DNA of 64,000 nucleotides, taken from contig NEEC01000007.1 in NCBI GenBank assembly GCA_002189035.1, forward strand, positions 1,116,001 through 1,180,000, in the 5' to 3' direction. The position numbers and the translations under genes are program-made. How positions within the stretch are numbered: the first letter of the stretch is position 1; the number at the start of each line of letters is the position of its first letter. Shown piece after piece: positions 62,238 through 64,000 of this stretch. The stretch comes from Utricularia gibba (Eukaryota > Plantae > Magnoliophyta). The notes beneath the pieces were generated by a model. It searched no databases and was not told the origin of the DNA. It saw only the letters and a program-made list of their open reading frames with translations.

Positions 62238-62892
62238 TCAAGTAGACCACGGGGCCGTAACAGGTTTTCTTTTTGTTGCATCTTTTCAATGCTCATTGAT
62301 GTTGTGGTCACCATCATATGTATGTTGTCTGGCTGCGTGAATTAGCTTTGAGTCTCTCAGATTCTGCGCACCTGACGCTACTATACTTCTGAATCTCTGT
62401 TTGGCTTGGGTTTCATATAGATGATTATCTGATTTTGATTCTGTTGCTATTCTTTTAAGTAATTTTAGTCAAAAATCGAACCAAAATGAATATTTGATAT
62501 CAATCTTCAAATTGAATTCAAAAGGTCAGTTTATAGATAACTTTTGATATGTAAATTAATTAAGAATGAGTTTGTAATTTAAAAATGGGTAGTTAATCGG
62601 CTTTGGTTGAATTGAATCAATTGATTAATTGAAAAAAAGCCAATTGCAAAATAATTAAGTTCATTTGATTTTTTTTTCTACCAGAATCGCACTTTTTAAC
62701 ATTTTCCTACATAGCTCAATCAGTTGTCACAGAAGAGATTACAGTCATTCGCAGATGAAAAAGATTACCACAGACTTGAAGTGTTGGCAGATGAGAAAAG
62801 ATTACACCGTAATGAAGAGTTCTATAGCTCTGCCAGTTACCTCAAAAGACAGGGAAATGGAGTACAGGTAGTTTCATGACTATTTGGCTCCA

Positions 62893-64000
62893 CTATTCTT
62901 TTGAGACAATCATCAGCAATCCCAGAGTCCCAATGAGTACATACTGCAACATGGGAGCTATTTCAGATCACGATATGGAAAAAGACTTTCAGTTTATACC
63001 GTGCCATTATGCCGTATAATCATTTCATTATACATATGGTTTCAGGATGAGTATAGGCTCACACACAAGGGAAGCTTCTTGCATATGAATTTTTGATAAT
63101 TATGCAGCAGAGACTAACCTTTATTATCGGCTTTTCAGTCATGAGAATGGTTACCCAACCAACATAGGGCAAGAATCTGCAAACGGGAGTGGTTTGAATG
63201 CATATCATTCAGAGATAAGATCCTTGAATTCTAGAGCAAAAATGAAAGACCCTAGAAATCATAAGCTGAACGAAACATCAGCTTACCCCACGGCTCTACC
63301 CATGATATGTTGCCTTTGTAGCCAAAGCTGGCCATGAGCATAAAGAAGTCTGTCATCCCCAAAGTTATTATCTCCTGGTTATCCAACAGAAACAAACATC
63401 ATACCAATTGTCATCGTATGTTACTGAATGATAAAGGACAGACTATACTGCACGTGGAAAATAAAGATGTAACATCACCACGCCTGAAGGAAAAATACAA
63501 GAACATGTATGAAGCTAAAGGATCTCCGTAATATGAATAACCGTAAATGCTGCAGTCATATGAAATAATTCATAAGGTGCTTATCAATGTAACACTACTT
63601 AAAAGTTGCATAAAGGAAGGTTACCTTTTGTTAGGACGTCTACCTCTCCAGTATCTTGACGTTCATGAACCTATAAATATCAAGAACGTGGTCTTACCAA
63701 ACAAGCATGATGAATATTCAGCAAAACAATATTCACATTAGAAAAAAAAAAGTAATCATTAAAATGACAGAGCAATGCAGAAGATTTGATCATTCTTGAA
63801 TTTTCTCCAACAAGATCCCACGTGGATGAAATAAAATTATACCCCTTTTTCTTTCACAAAGAAGGCAAAAAAAAAAAGGGAAAATGAGCGAGGAAGCATA
63901 GTGCTACTGCACCTTGATAACCCGGTGGACAATGGGAATTTCGCGTCCCTGCAGAAAGATGAAAAAAATCATGAGTATATAAACGCCTGCCACCTAATAA
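62893..64000 (-). CDS. SEC11: Signal peptidase complex catalytic subunit SEC11; 5' partial, not in the ORF track because the exons are short
   Basis: Five small exons: GREIPIVHRVIK (63913-63948), VHERQDTGEVDVLTKG, DNNFGDDRLLYAHGQLWLQRQHIMGRAVG, FLPYVGWVTILMTEKPIIK and YVLIGTLGLLMIVSKE*. Confidence 0.93.

Noticed and set aside
1-64000. tRNA, rRNA, CRISPR arrays, LTR/LINE coding remnants and U12 (AT-AC) introns
   Set aside because: No cloverleaf, rRNA-like sequence, spaced repeat array, RT/integrase/transposase motif or U12 donor at a real exon junction was seen by eye. tRNAscan, Infernal and RepeatMasker would confirm this.

Overview
Gene-dense plant (eudicot) nuclear DNA. It holds 19 recognisable protein-coding genes (two cut by the window edges), one decayed PPR pseudogene and one intact hAT-type MITE. 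In order: CYP77A P450 (5' partial), PAP-phosphatase/IMPase-family gene, small TM protein, TCAB1/WRAP53, eIF3j, epoxide hydrolase, TatD DNase, hAT MITE, S1/P1 endonuclease, sphingosine kinase, PEX19, MOR1/XMAP215 (53 coding exons traced by eye), ARO armadillo protein, R3H/SUZ protein, M18 aspartyl aminopeptidase, ADA3/SCS-like SAGA subunit, ACR12, GST-N-like/hemerythrin protein, PPR relic, cytosolic SerRS and SEC11 (5' partial). I found no rRNA, tRNA, CRISPR or autonomous TE, and no convincing novel multi-gene system. The most notable points are the PPR relic hidden across several frames, the MITE next to TatD, four single-base frameshifts in three otherwise conserved genes (assembly error or recent loss), the acylated hemerythrin protein with G-boxes upstream, and putative NMD-type 3'UTR introns in the R3H/SUZ gene. 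Exon boundaries were read manually. Arabidopsis comparisons are from memory and need a database check.
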